From assembly GCA_049695635.1 (NCBI GenBank), contig JBAVSO010000047.1, positions 1,388 to 65,387 of the forward strand: 64,000 bases of DNA, read 5' to 3'. The position numbers were made by a program, and so were the translations under genes. Under the pieces are notes generated by a model. The model was given only the letters and a program-made list of their open reading frames with translations. It made no database searches and was not told the origin of the DNA. The first letter of the stretch is position 1; every line of letters starts with the position of its first letter. The DNA is from Candidatus Cybelea sp. (lineage in GTDB: Bacteria; Vulcanimicrobiota; Vulcanimicrobiia; Vulcanimicrobiales; Vulcanimicrobiaceae). Shown piece after piece: positions 17,413-27,590 of this stretch.

Positions 17413-18538
17413 ACATGTGCTCGTCACCGGCGGAGCCGGGTTCATCGGATCGCACGTCGTCGACGGGCTGTTGGCCCGCGGCCATGAGGTGACCGTGCTC
17501 GACAACCTGTTACCGCAGGTGCACGGTGACGCCGAGCGCGACGCCGACGGCTGGCCGATCTACTTAGACCCGAGAGCGAAGCGAATCGCCGGAGACCTGA
17601 TCGACGCCGATCTCTTCGAAGCGAGCCTCAAGGGCGTGACGCATCTCGTTCATTTGGCTGCTTCGGTCGGAGTCGGTCAGAGTATGACGAACATCGTCGA
17701 TTACACGCGCAACAACGTCATGACCGCCGCCGGCATGCTGCAAGTTCTCTCGCAGCGCCCGCACACGGTCGAGCGCGTGATCGTGGCCTCGTCGATGTCC
17801 ATCTACGGGGAAGGCGCGTACCGCCTGCCGTCGGGAGCGATCGTCGCGCCTGAGCTGCGAAGCCACGATCAGCTTGCGGCCCGTCGCTGGGAGCTTTCAC
17901 TCGACGGCGAGGAGCTGATCCCGATTGCGACCACGGAGGAAAAACTGCTCAAGCCGGCCTCGATCTACGCAATCAACAAGCGCGACCATGAGGAAATGTT
18001 CGTCGCCGTCGGCCGTGCGTTGCAGATACCGACGGTCGCCTTGCGCTTATTCAACGCGTATGGTTCGCGCCAAGCTCTGAGCAATCCATATACCGGCGTC
18101 GCCGCCATTTTCATCTCTCGCCTGCTCAACGACCAGTCTCCTTTGGTTTTTGAAGACGGAAATCAGCAGCGCGACTTCGTGCACGTCCATGACGTCGCCA
18201 ATGCCTTCGTAACCGTGCTCGACAGCGACCGCGCGGTCTGGGACGTTTTCAACGTCGGAAGCGGGTCTCCGATTACGGTTGCGGAGATCGCGACCACCCT
18301 GGCGCGCATGCTCGGAAAAGACATTGCGCCGGAATTCCTTGGTAAGTACCGCGTCGGCGACATCCGGCACTGCTTTCCGGACATTTCGAAAATCGACGAA
18401 ACCTTCGGTTTTAAACCCCAGCGCTCGTTTGACGAAGGGATGCAGGAGCTCATCAGCTGGGTTAGCGTAACGAAGGCGCCGGTCGATCGAACCAAGACGA
18501 CCGTTGCGGAACTTGAAAAGCAAAAGCTGCTGGTCTAG
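17405..18538 (+). CDS. NAD-dependent sugar-nucleotide epimerase/dehydratase (extended SDR)
   Basis: GTG 17405 overlaps the GT2 stop by 8 nt. Motifs GGAGFIGSH, SSMSIYG and YAINK (YxxxK). The reaction specificity cannot be called. Confidence 0.75.
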   Translation: MSKHVLVTGGAGFIGSHVVDGLLARGHEVTVLDNLLPQVHGDAERDADGWPIYLDPRAKRIAGDLIDADLFEASLKGVTHLVHLAASVGVGQSMTNIVDYTRNNVMTAAGMLQVLSQRPHTVERVIVASSMSIYGEGAYRLPSGAIVAPELRSHDQLAARRWELSLDGEELIPIATTEEKLLKPASIYAINKRDHEEMFVAVGRALQIPTVALRLFNAYGSRQALSNPYTGVAAIFISRLLNDQSPLVFEDGNQQRDFVHVHDVANAFVTVLDSDRAVWDVFNVGSGSPITVAEIATTLARMLGKDIAPEFLGKYRVGDIRHCFPDISKIDETFGFKPQRSFDEGMQELISWVSVTKAPVDRTKTTVAELEKQKLLV

Positions 18539-18597
18539 CAGCGAGACACTACACGCACGCTATCCTTCCGCGCACGCGGGTTGAGGGGTGAACGAAA

Positions 18598-19338
18598 TTG
18601 TCGCAAACGCGAGGAAAACGTCGAGTCGAGCGAGTCGTGGCTCTAGCCGCCGCAGGCTTCCTGATGCTGGCGTCGCTGCCGGCGCGGGTCTTGGCCGACG
18701 ACAACAACGTCGAGCTTTTTGCCGGAGCTCAGCTCGACTTCGCCAACTACGTCTTTATCGGCGCGACCATTTCGCTGCCGCGGCCGCCAAGCAGCAACGG
18801 CTCGAACAACGGATTTGCCGTTCGCGGCGAGTTGGATGCGGGCGGCTACAACTACCTCAGCAGCGACCTCGGTACCGTCAAGGCAAACTTTGGCGGAGGT
18901 GAGCTCGACGGCGTCTATCAGGTAGAGCACAAGAACCTTTTCGCCGATTTCTCTCTTGGCGTCAACGATACGTACACGAACCTAGTGCCGAACGATCCCA
19001 CCAACAAGCTGCGCGGAAACCAGACCGAGCTTCGCGTCGGCACCGACGGCAGCTCGCTCTCCGGACCCTATCGTTTGGATTGGTACGGCTACTACGGCCC
19101 GAAGCTCGAGGACTATGCGGCCTTCATCGGGGGTACGCATTCATTATCTCCGATCTGGCGGCTGGGGCTCGAAGGCTACAGTGAGGGCAATCCCAGTTAC
19201 AGTCTTTATCAGGTCGGCCCATACGCCGGCTTCGCCTTTGACAAGACCTCGGAGATTGACTTTTCGGTCGGCGAGGCCTGGCAATCCGGATTTTCGCCAC
19301 GCATCTACTCGCGAGCCATTTACTTGCGGCGTATCTGA
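18598..19338 (+). CDS. Secreted beta-rich protein, possible small outer-membrane barrel (BcsS-like guess)
   Basis: A signal peptide (..LMLASLPARVLA) is followed by G/Y/N/D-rich sequence with alternating hydrophobic residues. It sits last in the GT2 locus. The BcsS resemblance is from memory and is unverified. Confidence 0.45.
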   Translation: MSQTRGKRRVERVVALAAAGFLMLASLPARVLADDNNVELFAGAQLDFANYVFIGATISLPRPPSSNGSNNGFAVRGELDAGGYNYLSSDLGTVKANFGGGELDGVYQVEHKNLFADFSLGVNDTYTNLVPNDPTNKLRGNQTELRVGTDGSSLSGPYRLDWYGYYGPKLEDYAAFIGGTHSLSPIWRLGLEGYSEGNPSYSLYQVGPYAGFAFDKTSEIDFSVGEAWQSGFSPRIYSRAIYLRRI

Positions 19339-20525
19339 CGCAGGCGCTTTGCGTACCAGAGGGCGTCTCTGATCGCGTAGTACATCGGCTTCGGCTGCAT
19401 CGATGAATCGAACGGCAGCCCCCGGTTGAGGCCCGGGCCGCTGCCGTTGGCCCAGGCGCCCGGAAATCGTGCGTAATCCTGCGGCGTAACCGAGAGCCAC
19501 GAGTGCCGGTCGCTCAATCCCCACGTCGTCACTCCCAGAACATTAGACTGGTTTAGGACGATATCGAGATAGCGTCGGGTTTCGTCGGCGACCATCCGGT
19601 CGCGGTCTGCTTCCGACGCGACGTAGTCGGCTTCTTTGACGTCGAGCTCGGTGACGGTAATCGAGAGACCCATATCCGCAACTTCTCTGAGGAATGGCAC
19701 GAGCGCCGTCTGTGAAACGCGTCCTTTACTCAAATCGAGGTGCGACTGCAAGCCGAGTCCGTCGAGCGGCGTCTTCGTCTGTTTTAAGCGCTCGAGAAGC
19801 TTCAGCAAAAGGTAACGCCGGTCGCGCTCTTCGACGTTGTCGTACTCAAGGCCATACTCGTTGACGAGCAACTGTCCCTTGGGAGCGAAGATTCGAGCCT
19901 GCTGCAGGGCGCGGCTTATGTAGTCGGGGCCGAACGCCTGCAGGAAGACGTTCTCGCGCAGACCGTCCATGCGGTGTCCGACGTCGATCACTTCGTTGAC
20001 GACCTCCCAAGTGTTGATGACGTCGCCGTATCGGGGTATGACGGAGGCAAAGTACCGCGCGATGAGATTCCAATCGGGACGCTCGCGAAGCATTTCGTCG
20101 GCCCACTGCGGCACGCTGAGATGCCACAGCAACATGTGCCCGCGCAGGCTCTTCCCGTTGGCGATCGCAAAAGCCGCAAGCTCATCCATCTTGCCGAAGG
20201 AAAGCTCGCCGTAAGCGGGCTCGACCGAGCTCCAGTTCATTTCGTATTCGGGGACGAGCTGCCGGCATTCGCGCAGCACGGCGTCGCGCAGATCTTGCTG
20301 GGTGCTGAGCTGCTCGATTTTGACCGCCGATCCAAAGAAGCGCCCGCCATGCGCCGCAGCGGCTTCCAGGGTCGCAGCCGAAGCGCCCCCCGCGGTCGCG
20401 CCCAAGGCCACACCCGCGGCTAGCATCCTCGCAATTGCATCGCGACGGGTCAATGCCCCTCGCGCAGAGTCATCAATAGAAATGTCTGAGCCCTGACCTC
20501 CGTCACGTCCCATCGCTGCTATCAC
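19320..20525 (-). CDS. GH10 endo-1,4-beta-xylanase with twin-arginine (Tat) signal
   Basis: Tat leader LTRRDAIARMLAAGVALGATAGGASA. WEVVNEV holds the acid/base Glu and ITVTELDV the nucleophile Glu, both in classic GH10 contexts. Its 3' end overlaps the convergent gene by 19 nt. Confidence 0.85.
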   Translation of the reverse strand: MIAAMGRDGGQGSDISIDDSARGALTRRDAIARMLAAGVALGATAGGASAATLEAAAAHGGRFFGSAVKIEQLSTQQDLRDAVLRECRQLVPEYEMNWSSVEPAYGELSFGKMDELAAFAIANGKSLRGHMLLWHLSVPQWADEMLRERPDWNLIARYFASVIPRYGDVINTWEVVNEVIDVGHRMDGLRENVFLQAFGPDYISRALQQARIFAPKGQLLVNEYGLEYDNVEERDRRYLLLKLLERLKQTKTPLDGLGLQSHLDLSKGRVSQTALVPFLREVADMGLSITVTELDVKEADYVASEADRDRMVADETRRYLDIVLNQSNVLGVTTWGLSDRHSWLSVTPQDYARFPGAWANGSGPGLNRGLPFDSSMQPKPMYYAIRDALWYAKRLRQIRRK

Positions 20526-20607
20526 GGCATTTTCGACCGCTCCGTAGAGCTCCTAGGAGCGACCCTGGAGGAAAAGCACGGGGTGCGTTCTATCTATGGG
20601 GGTCGCC

Positions 20608-20689
20608 GGGCAAGTGGCGGAACTGGCAGACGCGCTGGATTTAGGATCCAGTGGGGCGACCCGTCAGAGTTCGAGTCTCTGCTTGCCCA
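20608..20689 (+). tRNA. tRNA-Leu (anticodon TAG), long variable arm
   Basis: Acceptor gggcaag/cttgccc, anticodon stem ctgga/tccag with loop tTTAGga, a long variable arm, T-arm cagag-ttcgagt-ctctg. Confidence 0.85.
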
Positions 20690-21013
20690 CACAAGCCGTC
20701 CTAGCCCGAAATGAGTTTAGCCCAGCGAATCGTTTCTTTTGAGATTTCAAGCGAAGCCAGGGAGGCCTAATTAAAACTAGCGAGCTGGTTTCGGGGGGAG
20801 GCTCTTGGTTCGCACGGCGTCTGAATGCGCCCGAAACTTAAGGATCGATTTTGACTAAGCGAGATATGAAGATTCGTGCAGTCGAGGAGGCTCTGACCGA
20901 CGAGCGAAGCCACGGATGGCGTAAGCGAGGAGGCAGTGCAGCAGGAGCGGAGCCTGGACGGCGCAGTGACGAGCGGCTCCGAGACGCACGAATCTTGATA
21001 TCGAGCGACACCT

Positions 21014-21085
21014 GCGGAAGTAGCTCAGTGGTAGAGCATCGCCTTGCCAAGGCGAGGGTCGCGAGTTCGAATCTCGTCTTCCGCT
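21014..21085 (+). tRNA. tRNA-Gly (anticodon GCC)
   Basis: Acceptor gcggaag/cttccgc, anticodon stem tcgcc/ggcga with loop tTGCCaa, T-loop agttcgaatct. Confidence 0.9.
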
Positions 21086-21093
21086 AATTTTTT

Positions 21094-22374
21094 ATGACGG
21101 CATCTACATTGACGCATCTTGGCCCGACGGTCGTGGCGCTGGAGTTCTCGGTCGGCGAATCGGAGCTCGCCGCCGCGGAGGAACGCGCCTTTCGCAGGCT
21201 CGTGAAGAACGTACGCCTGCCGGGCTTCCGGAGGGGCAAAGTTCCACGCAGAATCTTCGAGCAAACCTACGGGAGCGAAGCGGTTACAAACGAGGCCGTC
21301 GATGCGGTCGTGCCGGAGGTCTACGCAAAGGCGGTTCGTGAGCACGCCCTCGAGCCAGTCGAACGGCCGAAGTTTGAAGTCGTCGAGGAGACTGACGGAC
21401 GGCCAACCCGTCTCAAGGCCACCGTTGAGGTTCGGCCATCAATCGCCTTGGGCACCTACAAGGGCGTTACCGTGTCGCGGCCGCCGCACACGGTAACCGA
21501 TGCCGACGTGGACAAGAGCCTCGAGGCGCTCGCCAAGGAACGGGCGACCCTCGTGCCGGTCGAGCGGCCGGCGAAGCTCGGTGACGTCGTGACCCTGGAT
21601 TACGAGGGTTTCGTTGACGACAAACCGTTCGAAGGCGGGCGCGGAGAGGGCGAAATCGTGGAACTCGCTGAGGGGCGATTCGTCCCCGGCTTTGCGACCG
21701 GCATCGTGGGGATGCTTCCGAGCCAGACTAGGCAAATTGAAGCCCGGTTTCCCGATCAGTACCCTGCGGCTGAACTTGCCGGCAAGGAAGCGCGTTTCAC
21801 GGTCACGCTGCGGGAGCTCAAGGAGCTCGAGCTGCCACCTATCGACGACGACTTCGCGCGAGCCGTTTCGCAAGACCAGTCGGTTGCGGAACTACGCGAG
21901 GACGTCAAGCGGCGGCTCGAGGCCGTCGCAGCGGGTCGCGGGCGCCGTAACGTCGGTAACGCAATAGTGGGGAAGCTACTGGCGTCGCACGATTTTCCGT
22001 TGCCCGTTTCGATGGTCGAGAACGAACTGAATCATCTGATCGAAGACCTTGCCGGGGCGGCGCCCGACGGCGCAAGCAACGAGACCGAGCTGCGTGCCGC
22101 GCATCGTTCCGAGGCGGAGTCGCGCGTGAAAGCTGCGCTGCTGATCGAAGCGATCGCCAAGGCCGAAAATATCACGGCTACACCTGCCGACGTCTCTGCG
22201 GAAGTCGAAGCGCTTGCACGGCGATACGGCCAACCCGCCGCTCGAATACGCAAAGCGCTGGGCAATAACGTCCTCTCGCTCGTCGACGGGATCGTACGAA
22301 ACAAGACCCTCGACGTCCTCATTGACAATGCGATCGTCACCGTGGACGAAGAAACCCCCGGCACGGCGTCGTAG
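21094..22374 (+). CDS. tig: Trigger factor
   Basis: Ribosome-binding signature GFRRGKVP near the N-terminus, an FKBP-like middle region, a helical C-terminal domain, and the conserved tig-clpP-clpX order. Confidence 0.9.
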   Translation: MTASTLTHLGPTVVALEFSVGESELAAAEERAFRRLVKNVRLPGFRRGKVPRRIFEQTYGSEAVTNEAVDAVVPEVYAKAVREHALEPVERPKFEVVEETDGRPTRLKATVEVRPSIALGTYKGVTVSRPPHTVTDADVDKSLEALAKERATLVPVERPAKLGDVVTLDYEGFVDDKPFEGGRGEGEIVELAEGRFVPGFATGIVGMLPSQTRQIEARFPDQYPAAELAGKEARFTVTLRELKELELPPIDDDFARAVSQDQSVAELREDVKRRLEAVAAGRGRRNVGNAIVGKLLASHDFPLPVSMVENELNHLIEDLAGAAPDGASNETELRAAHRSEAESRVKAALLIEAIAKAENITATPADVSAEVEALARRYGQPAARIRKALGNNVLSLVDGIVRNKTLDVLIDNAIVTVDEETPGTAS

Positions 22375-22386
22375 TTAGGACGGAGC

Positions 22387-22995
22387 ATGGGACATTTAGT
22401 ACCGATGGTCGTCGAGCAGACCGCGCGTGGGGAACGCGCCTACGATATCTATTCGCGCCTGCTCAAGGATAGGATCGTCTTTGTCGGCGGTGCGATCGAC
22501 GATCACCTCGCAAACCTCGTGATCGCGCAGCTGCTCTTTCTCGAGAAGGAAGACCCCGAGAAGGACATTGACATGTACCTCAACAGTCCCGGCGGCAGCG
22601 TGACCGCGGGCTTGGCTATGTACGATGCCATGCGCTTTATCAAACCCGACGTCGCAACGATCTGCATGGGCTTCGCCGCCTCGATGGGATCCATTCTCTT
22701 AACGGGCGGGGCCCCGGGGAAGCGCATGGCCCTTCCCAACGCCAAAATCGTGATCCACCAACCCTGGGTCTCGCAGATCGGGGGGCAGGCCACCGACGTC
22801 GAAATCGCTGCCCGCGACCTGATCGCGACCCGGCAGACGGTCGCACGGATCTACCAAGAAACGACCAAAAGGCCGCTCGAACAGATCCTGAGGGATATCG
22901 AGCGGGACTATTATATGACCGCGGCGGAGGCAAAGGATTACGGGATAATCGACCAGATCATCGAAAACCGTGAAGGGTTGCCGTTACCGGCTTAA
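22387..22995 (+). CDS. clpP: ATP-dependent Clp protease proteolytic subunit
   Basis: [17 protein letters not shown], catalytic Ser context GFAASMGS, and His in VIHQP. Confidence 0.95.
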   Translation: MGHLVPMVVEQTARGERAYDIYSRLLKDRIVFVGGAIDDHLANLVIAQLLFLEKEDPEKDIDMYLNSPGGSVTAGLAMYDAMRFIKPDVATICMGFAASMGSILLTGGAPGKRMALPNAKIVIHQPWVSQIGGQATDVEIAARDLIATRQTVARIYQETTKRPLEQILRDIERDYYMTAAEAKDYGIIDQIIENREGLPLPA

Positions 22996-23019
22996 GAGTG
23001 GAGGGATACCCCGCGCGCG

Positions 23020-24273
<1,254 letters not shown>

Positions 24274-24279
<6 letters not shown>

Positions 24280-24380
24280 GGGCCATATTTGGCCCAACTC
24301 GTTGTCACCAAGAGCCTCGATTACCGTTGTAAACTTCGGCTCTTGGCTCCTAGATTTGGATCCAAATCTGGCCCCTAAGC
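24274..24380 (+). other. Structured intergenic element: 19-bp imperfect inverted repeat enclosing a 9-bp hairpin and an 18-bp perfect palindrome
   Basis: gcttaggggccatatttgg (24274-24292) pairs with ccaaatctggcccctaagc (24362-24380) with 1 mismatch. Inside, ccaagagcc (24308-24316) pairs with ggctcttgg (24338-24346). agatttggatccaaatct (24352-24369) is self-complementary and competes for the right arm. Confidence 0.6.
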
Positions 24381-24418
24381 TCCGCTTGCTCGGGCGCTAA
24401 AAGGCTGCACCCCCGGCC

Positions 24419-27049
24419 ATGATGAACGCTGGCCAACCGATGGATCTCCCGAAACGCTACGATCCGCACGCGGTCGAGCCGCGCCTGTATGCCCGTTGGG
24501 AAGCCAACGGGTACTTTCACGAGGAGCCTGATCCCGCGCGCCCGCCTTTCATCATTTGCATGCCGCCGCCGAACGTCACGGCGCGAGCCCATTTGGGACA
24601 TGCGTCCACCTACGCGCCGATGGACGTGCTGACGCGTTATCATCGGATGCTCGGTGAGAATGCGGATTGGCTCCCAGGCACCGACCATGCAGCTATTGCG
24701 ACCGAAGCCGTACTCACCAGGGAGCTCGGACGAGAAGGATTGCGCCGCGAGGACCTGGGGCGCGAGCGATTCGTTGCGCGGGCGTGGGAGTGGTCGCGGA
24801 CGTACGGCGGCGAGATCGAGGCGCAATTTCGGCGGCTCGGATTCGGCCCCGACTGGCAACGCTCGCGGTTTACGATGGACGAGGGTCTTTCGGCCGCGGT
24901 TCGGCGCATTTTCGTCGAGCTCTACCGGCAGGGGTTGATCTATCGCGGCACGCGTTTGATCAACTGGGATCCGACTGCGCAGTCGACGGTCTCCGACGCG
25001 GAGCTCGAGTACGTCGAACGTGAAGGGACGCTCTGGCGCATTCGCTATCCTTTTTCGAAGGACGATTGCACGACCGGTATCGAGGTCGCGACCACGAGAC
25101 CGGAAACGATGCTCGGCGACGTCGCGATCGCGGTTCACCCCAACGATTCGCGGTACGCTCATCTGGTCGGGCGTACCGTCTGGCTGCCGCCGCTTCTCGA
25201 ACGTGTGATTCCGATCGTTGCCGACGAGACCGTCGATCCCGAGTTTGGGACCGGAGCGGTAAAGGTGACGCCCGCGCACGATCCCGTCGACTACGAGATC
25301 GGCCTACGGCACTCGTTGGCGATGCTGTCGGTAATCGGACACGACGCGCGCATCCGCGACGCCGACGTCGAGGTCGGCGGCTATGCAGGACTGGACCGCT
25401 TCGAAGCGCGCGAGCGCATCGTCGACGATCTGCGGCGGGGCGGATCGCTCGTTGCGGCCTCACCGCATCGTCACTCGGTCGCGACCAGCGAACGCAGCGG
25501 TGACGTCGTCGAGCCGCTCCTATCGCTGCAGTGGTTCCTAAAGATGTCCTCGCTCGCCGCGCCGGCTTTGGAAGCCTATCGCAGCGGGCGGTTACGCTTC
25601 GTACCGGAACGCTACGGTCGCACGTACGAACACTGGTTGGAGAACATCCGAGATTGGAACATCTCGCGGCAGATTTGGTGGGGCCACCAGCTTCCCGTCT
25701 GGTACGCGCCTGACGGGCGGGAGATCGTTGCCGAGAGCGAGGCCGAGGCACTCGACATTGCGCAACGCACGCACGGCACGCGCGATCTGACGCGCGATCC
25801 GGACACGCTCGATACCTGGTTCTCGAGCGGAATCTGGCCCTTCTCGATTCTCGGATGGCCGACGCAGAATGCCGAACTGCGTTGCTGGTATCCGTCGCAG
25901 GTCCTGATCACCGCCGGCGAGATCATCTTCCTGTGGGTAGCTCGAATGGTGATGCTCGGCATCCACGTCATGGGCGAGATCCCGTTCCGCGACGTCTTTA
26001 TCACTCCGCTGGTGTTCGACGCGATCGGCCGTAAGATGTCGAAATCGCTCGGCAACGTCGTTGACCCGATGGATCTCGTCGAGAAGTACGGCGCCGATGC
26101 GTTTCGCATCTCGGTACTGCGGCAGATGCGCGTGGAGAGCCAAGAGATGCGCTACAACGAGTCCCGTTGCGAAGAGGCTCGGAACTTCAACAACAAGATC
26201 TGGAATGCGACCCGCTACATCCTCGGTCTCCCTGAAGGTCTGCCGCCAGCGATGACGCTCCCCTCGGAGGGTTCGCTGACGCTCGCGGATCGCTGGATTC
26301 TAACCCGGCTGCGCGAGACGATCGAGCGAATGGGCGACTTGCTGCGCGAGTATGACTTCGGCAATGCCGCTGAAACGATTTGGCGCTTCGTATGGTATGA
26401 GTTCTGCGATTGGTACCTCGAAGCAACGAAGGCCGCGAGCAACCGGCCGACCCGAGCGGCGGTGCTCTCTTATGTTTGGAATGCGGCGATGCGCCTGCTC
26501 CACCCGATCGCGCCGTTCATCAGCGAAGAGGTGTGGCTCGCCCTGCCCCACGACGGCCAGACCATCGTTACGGCGAACTGGCCCGATCTGCTCGAGGTCC
26601 CGGCCTTTCCAGAGGATGCGCGAGGCTTTCAAGGCTTGCAACGCGCCGTCGAACGCATTCGCAACGCGCGCGCCGAGATCGGTCTGCATCCACGGGATCG
26701 AGTCATCCTCGACGTTCCCGAGAACGTGCCCGAGGAGATGTCGGAGCTTCTCGCGTTGCTCGCCACGGTCGAGATCGAGCGTGGCGTGCGGGCTGGGAAC
26801 ACCACCGAAGAAGCGCTCGCCGCGACCGCGGTTCGTGCTCCGCGCGAGCTGCTTGCGCTGCGCTATCGCAAGGAGGCCGAGCACCTGCGCTCTGAAATCG
26901 ACCGTGGTGAGAGGAAACTCGAGAACGAGTCCTTCGTCGCTAGAGCCGCGCCGAGCGTCGTCGCAAAGGAGCGGGAGAAGCTCGAGGGCTATCGTGGCGA
27001 GCTTGCGCGGGTGGAGGCGGCCTTGGTTGAACTGAAGGAGCCGGCATGA
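24419..27049 (+). CDS. valS: Valine--tRNA ligase
   Basis: 876 aa. HIGH-type region PPPNVTARAHLGH, KMSKS present (GRKMSKSLGN), an editing-domain insertion, and a C-terminal coiled coil. Confidence 0.95.
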   Translation: MMNAGQPMDLPKRYDPHAVEPRLYARWEANGYFHEEPDPARPPFIICMPPPNVTARAHLGHASTYAPMDVLTRYHRMLGENADWLPGTDHAAIATEAVLTRELGREGLRREDLGRERFVARAWEWSRTYGGEIEAQFRRLGFGPDWQRSRFTMDEGLSAAVRRIFVELYRQGLIYRGTRLINWDPTAQSTVSDAELEYVEREGTLWRIRYPFSKDDCTTGIEVATTRPETMLGDVAIAVHPNDSRYAHLVGRTVWLPPLLERVIPIVADETVDPEFGTGAVKVTPAHDPVDYEIGLRHSLAMLSVIGHDARIRDADVEVGGYAGLDRFEARERIVDDLRRGGSLVAASPHRHSVATSERSGDVVEPLLSLQWFLKMSSLAAPALEAYRSGRLRFVPERYGRTYEHWLENIRDWNISRQIWWGHQLPVWYAPDGREIVAESEAEALDIAQRTHGTRDLTRDPDTLDTWFSSGIWPFSILGWPTQNAELRCWYPSQVLITAGEIIFLWVARMVMLGIHVMGEIPFRDVFITPLVFDAIGRKMSKSLGNVVDPMDLVEKYGADAFRISVLRQMRVESQEMRYNESRCEEARNFNNKIWNATRYILGLPEGLPPAMTLPSEGSLTLADRWILTRLRETIERMGDLLREYDFGNAAETIWRFVWYEFCDWYLEATKAASNRPTRAAVLSYVWNAAMRLLHPIAPFISEEVWLALPHDGQTIVTANWPDLLEVPAFPEDARGFQGLQRAVERIRNARAEIGLHPRDRVILDVPENVPEEMSELLALLATVEIERGVRAGNTTEEALAATAVRAPRELLALRYRKEAEHLRSEIDRGERKLENESFVARAAPSVVAKEREKLEGYRGELARVEAALVELKEPA

Positions 27050-27579
27050 CGACGGGCACCACGCGCGTTCTCGCGCGCAGCGCAGAAATCGAACGCATCA
27101 TCGCACGTCTCGCTCATCAGATTCTCGAACCAAACGAGGCCGAGCAAGGGCTCGTGCTTCTGGGAGTACGCCGCGGCGGTGAAGCGCTCGCGATGCGGCT
27201 CGCGGCCGCGATTGCAACGATCAGCGGACGGGCACCGGCGCTGGGCTTTCTGAACATCAACCTTTACCGCGACGACCGAGTATCTCACGAGCTTCCCGAG
27301 TCGCAGATTCCGCTCGACCTTTCGGGGCGCGTCGTCGTCATCGTTGACGACGTGCTCTATACCGGCCGGACGATTCGCTCGGCGCTCGACGCAGTCACTG
27401 ACCTGGGACGCCCAGCGGCCATCCGGCTCTGCGTCCTGGTCGATCGAGGCTTGCGCGAACTGCCGATCCATCCCGATTACGTCGGACGCTTCACGCCTTC
27501 CACGCCGGACGAACGAGTCAAGGTGACACTCGCGCCTAAGCTTGCGCCGTCGGACGAGATCACGATCGCTGAGAAGTGA
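27046..27579 (+). CDS. pyrR: Bifunctional pyrimidine operon regulator / uracil phosphoribosyltransferase PyrR
   Basis: ATG 27046 overlaps the valS stop (ATGA). PRPP-binding motif VVIVDDVLYTGRT. First gene of the pyr cluster. Confidence 0.9.
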   Translation: MTTGTTRVLARSAEIERIIARLAHQILEPNEAEQGLVLLGVRRGGEALAMRLAAAIATISGRAPALGFLNINLYRDDRVSHELPESQIPLDLSGRVVVIVDDVLYTGRTIRSALDAVTDLGRPAAIRLCVLVDRGLRELPIHPDYVGRFTPSTPDERVKVTLAPKLAPSDEITIAEK

Positions 27580-27590
27580 AGGTTCCCTAA

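Noticed and set aside
20851-21087. 78-aa ORF between the tRNA genes
   Set aside because: It runs through tRNA-Gly (21014-21085) and is highly charged and Gly/Arg-rich.
24280-24418. T-box riboswitch upstream of valS
   Set aside because: The spacer is only 139 nt. I found no T-box consensus (AAnnnGGGTGGTACCGCG-like), no specifier-loop layout and no terminator U-run.
24350-25279. 309-aa ORF antisense to valS (similar cases: 24960-25751, 25592-26143, 26300-26884)
   Set aside because: It is Arg/Pro/Gly-rich low-complexity sequence, lies entirely opposite a confidently identified valS, and has no start context. This is the usual shadow ORF of GC-rich DNA.
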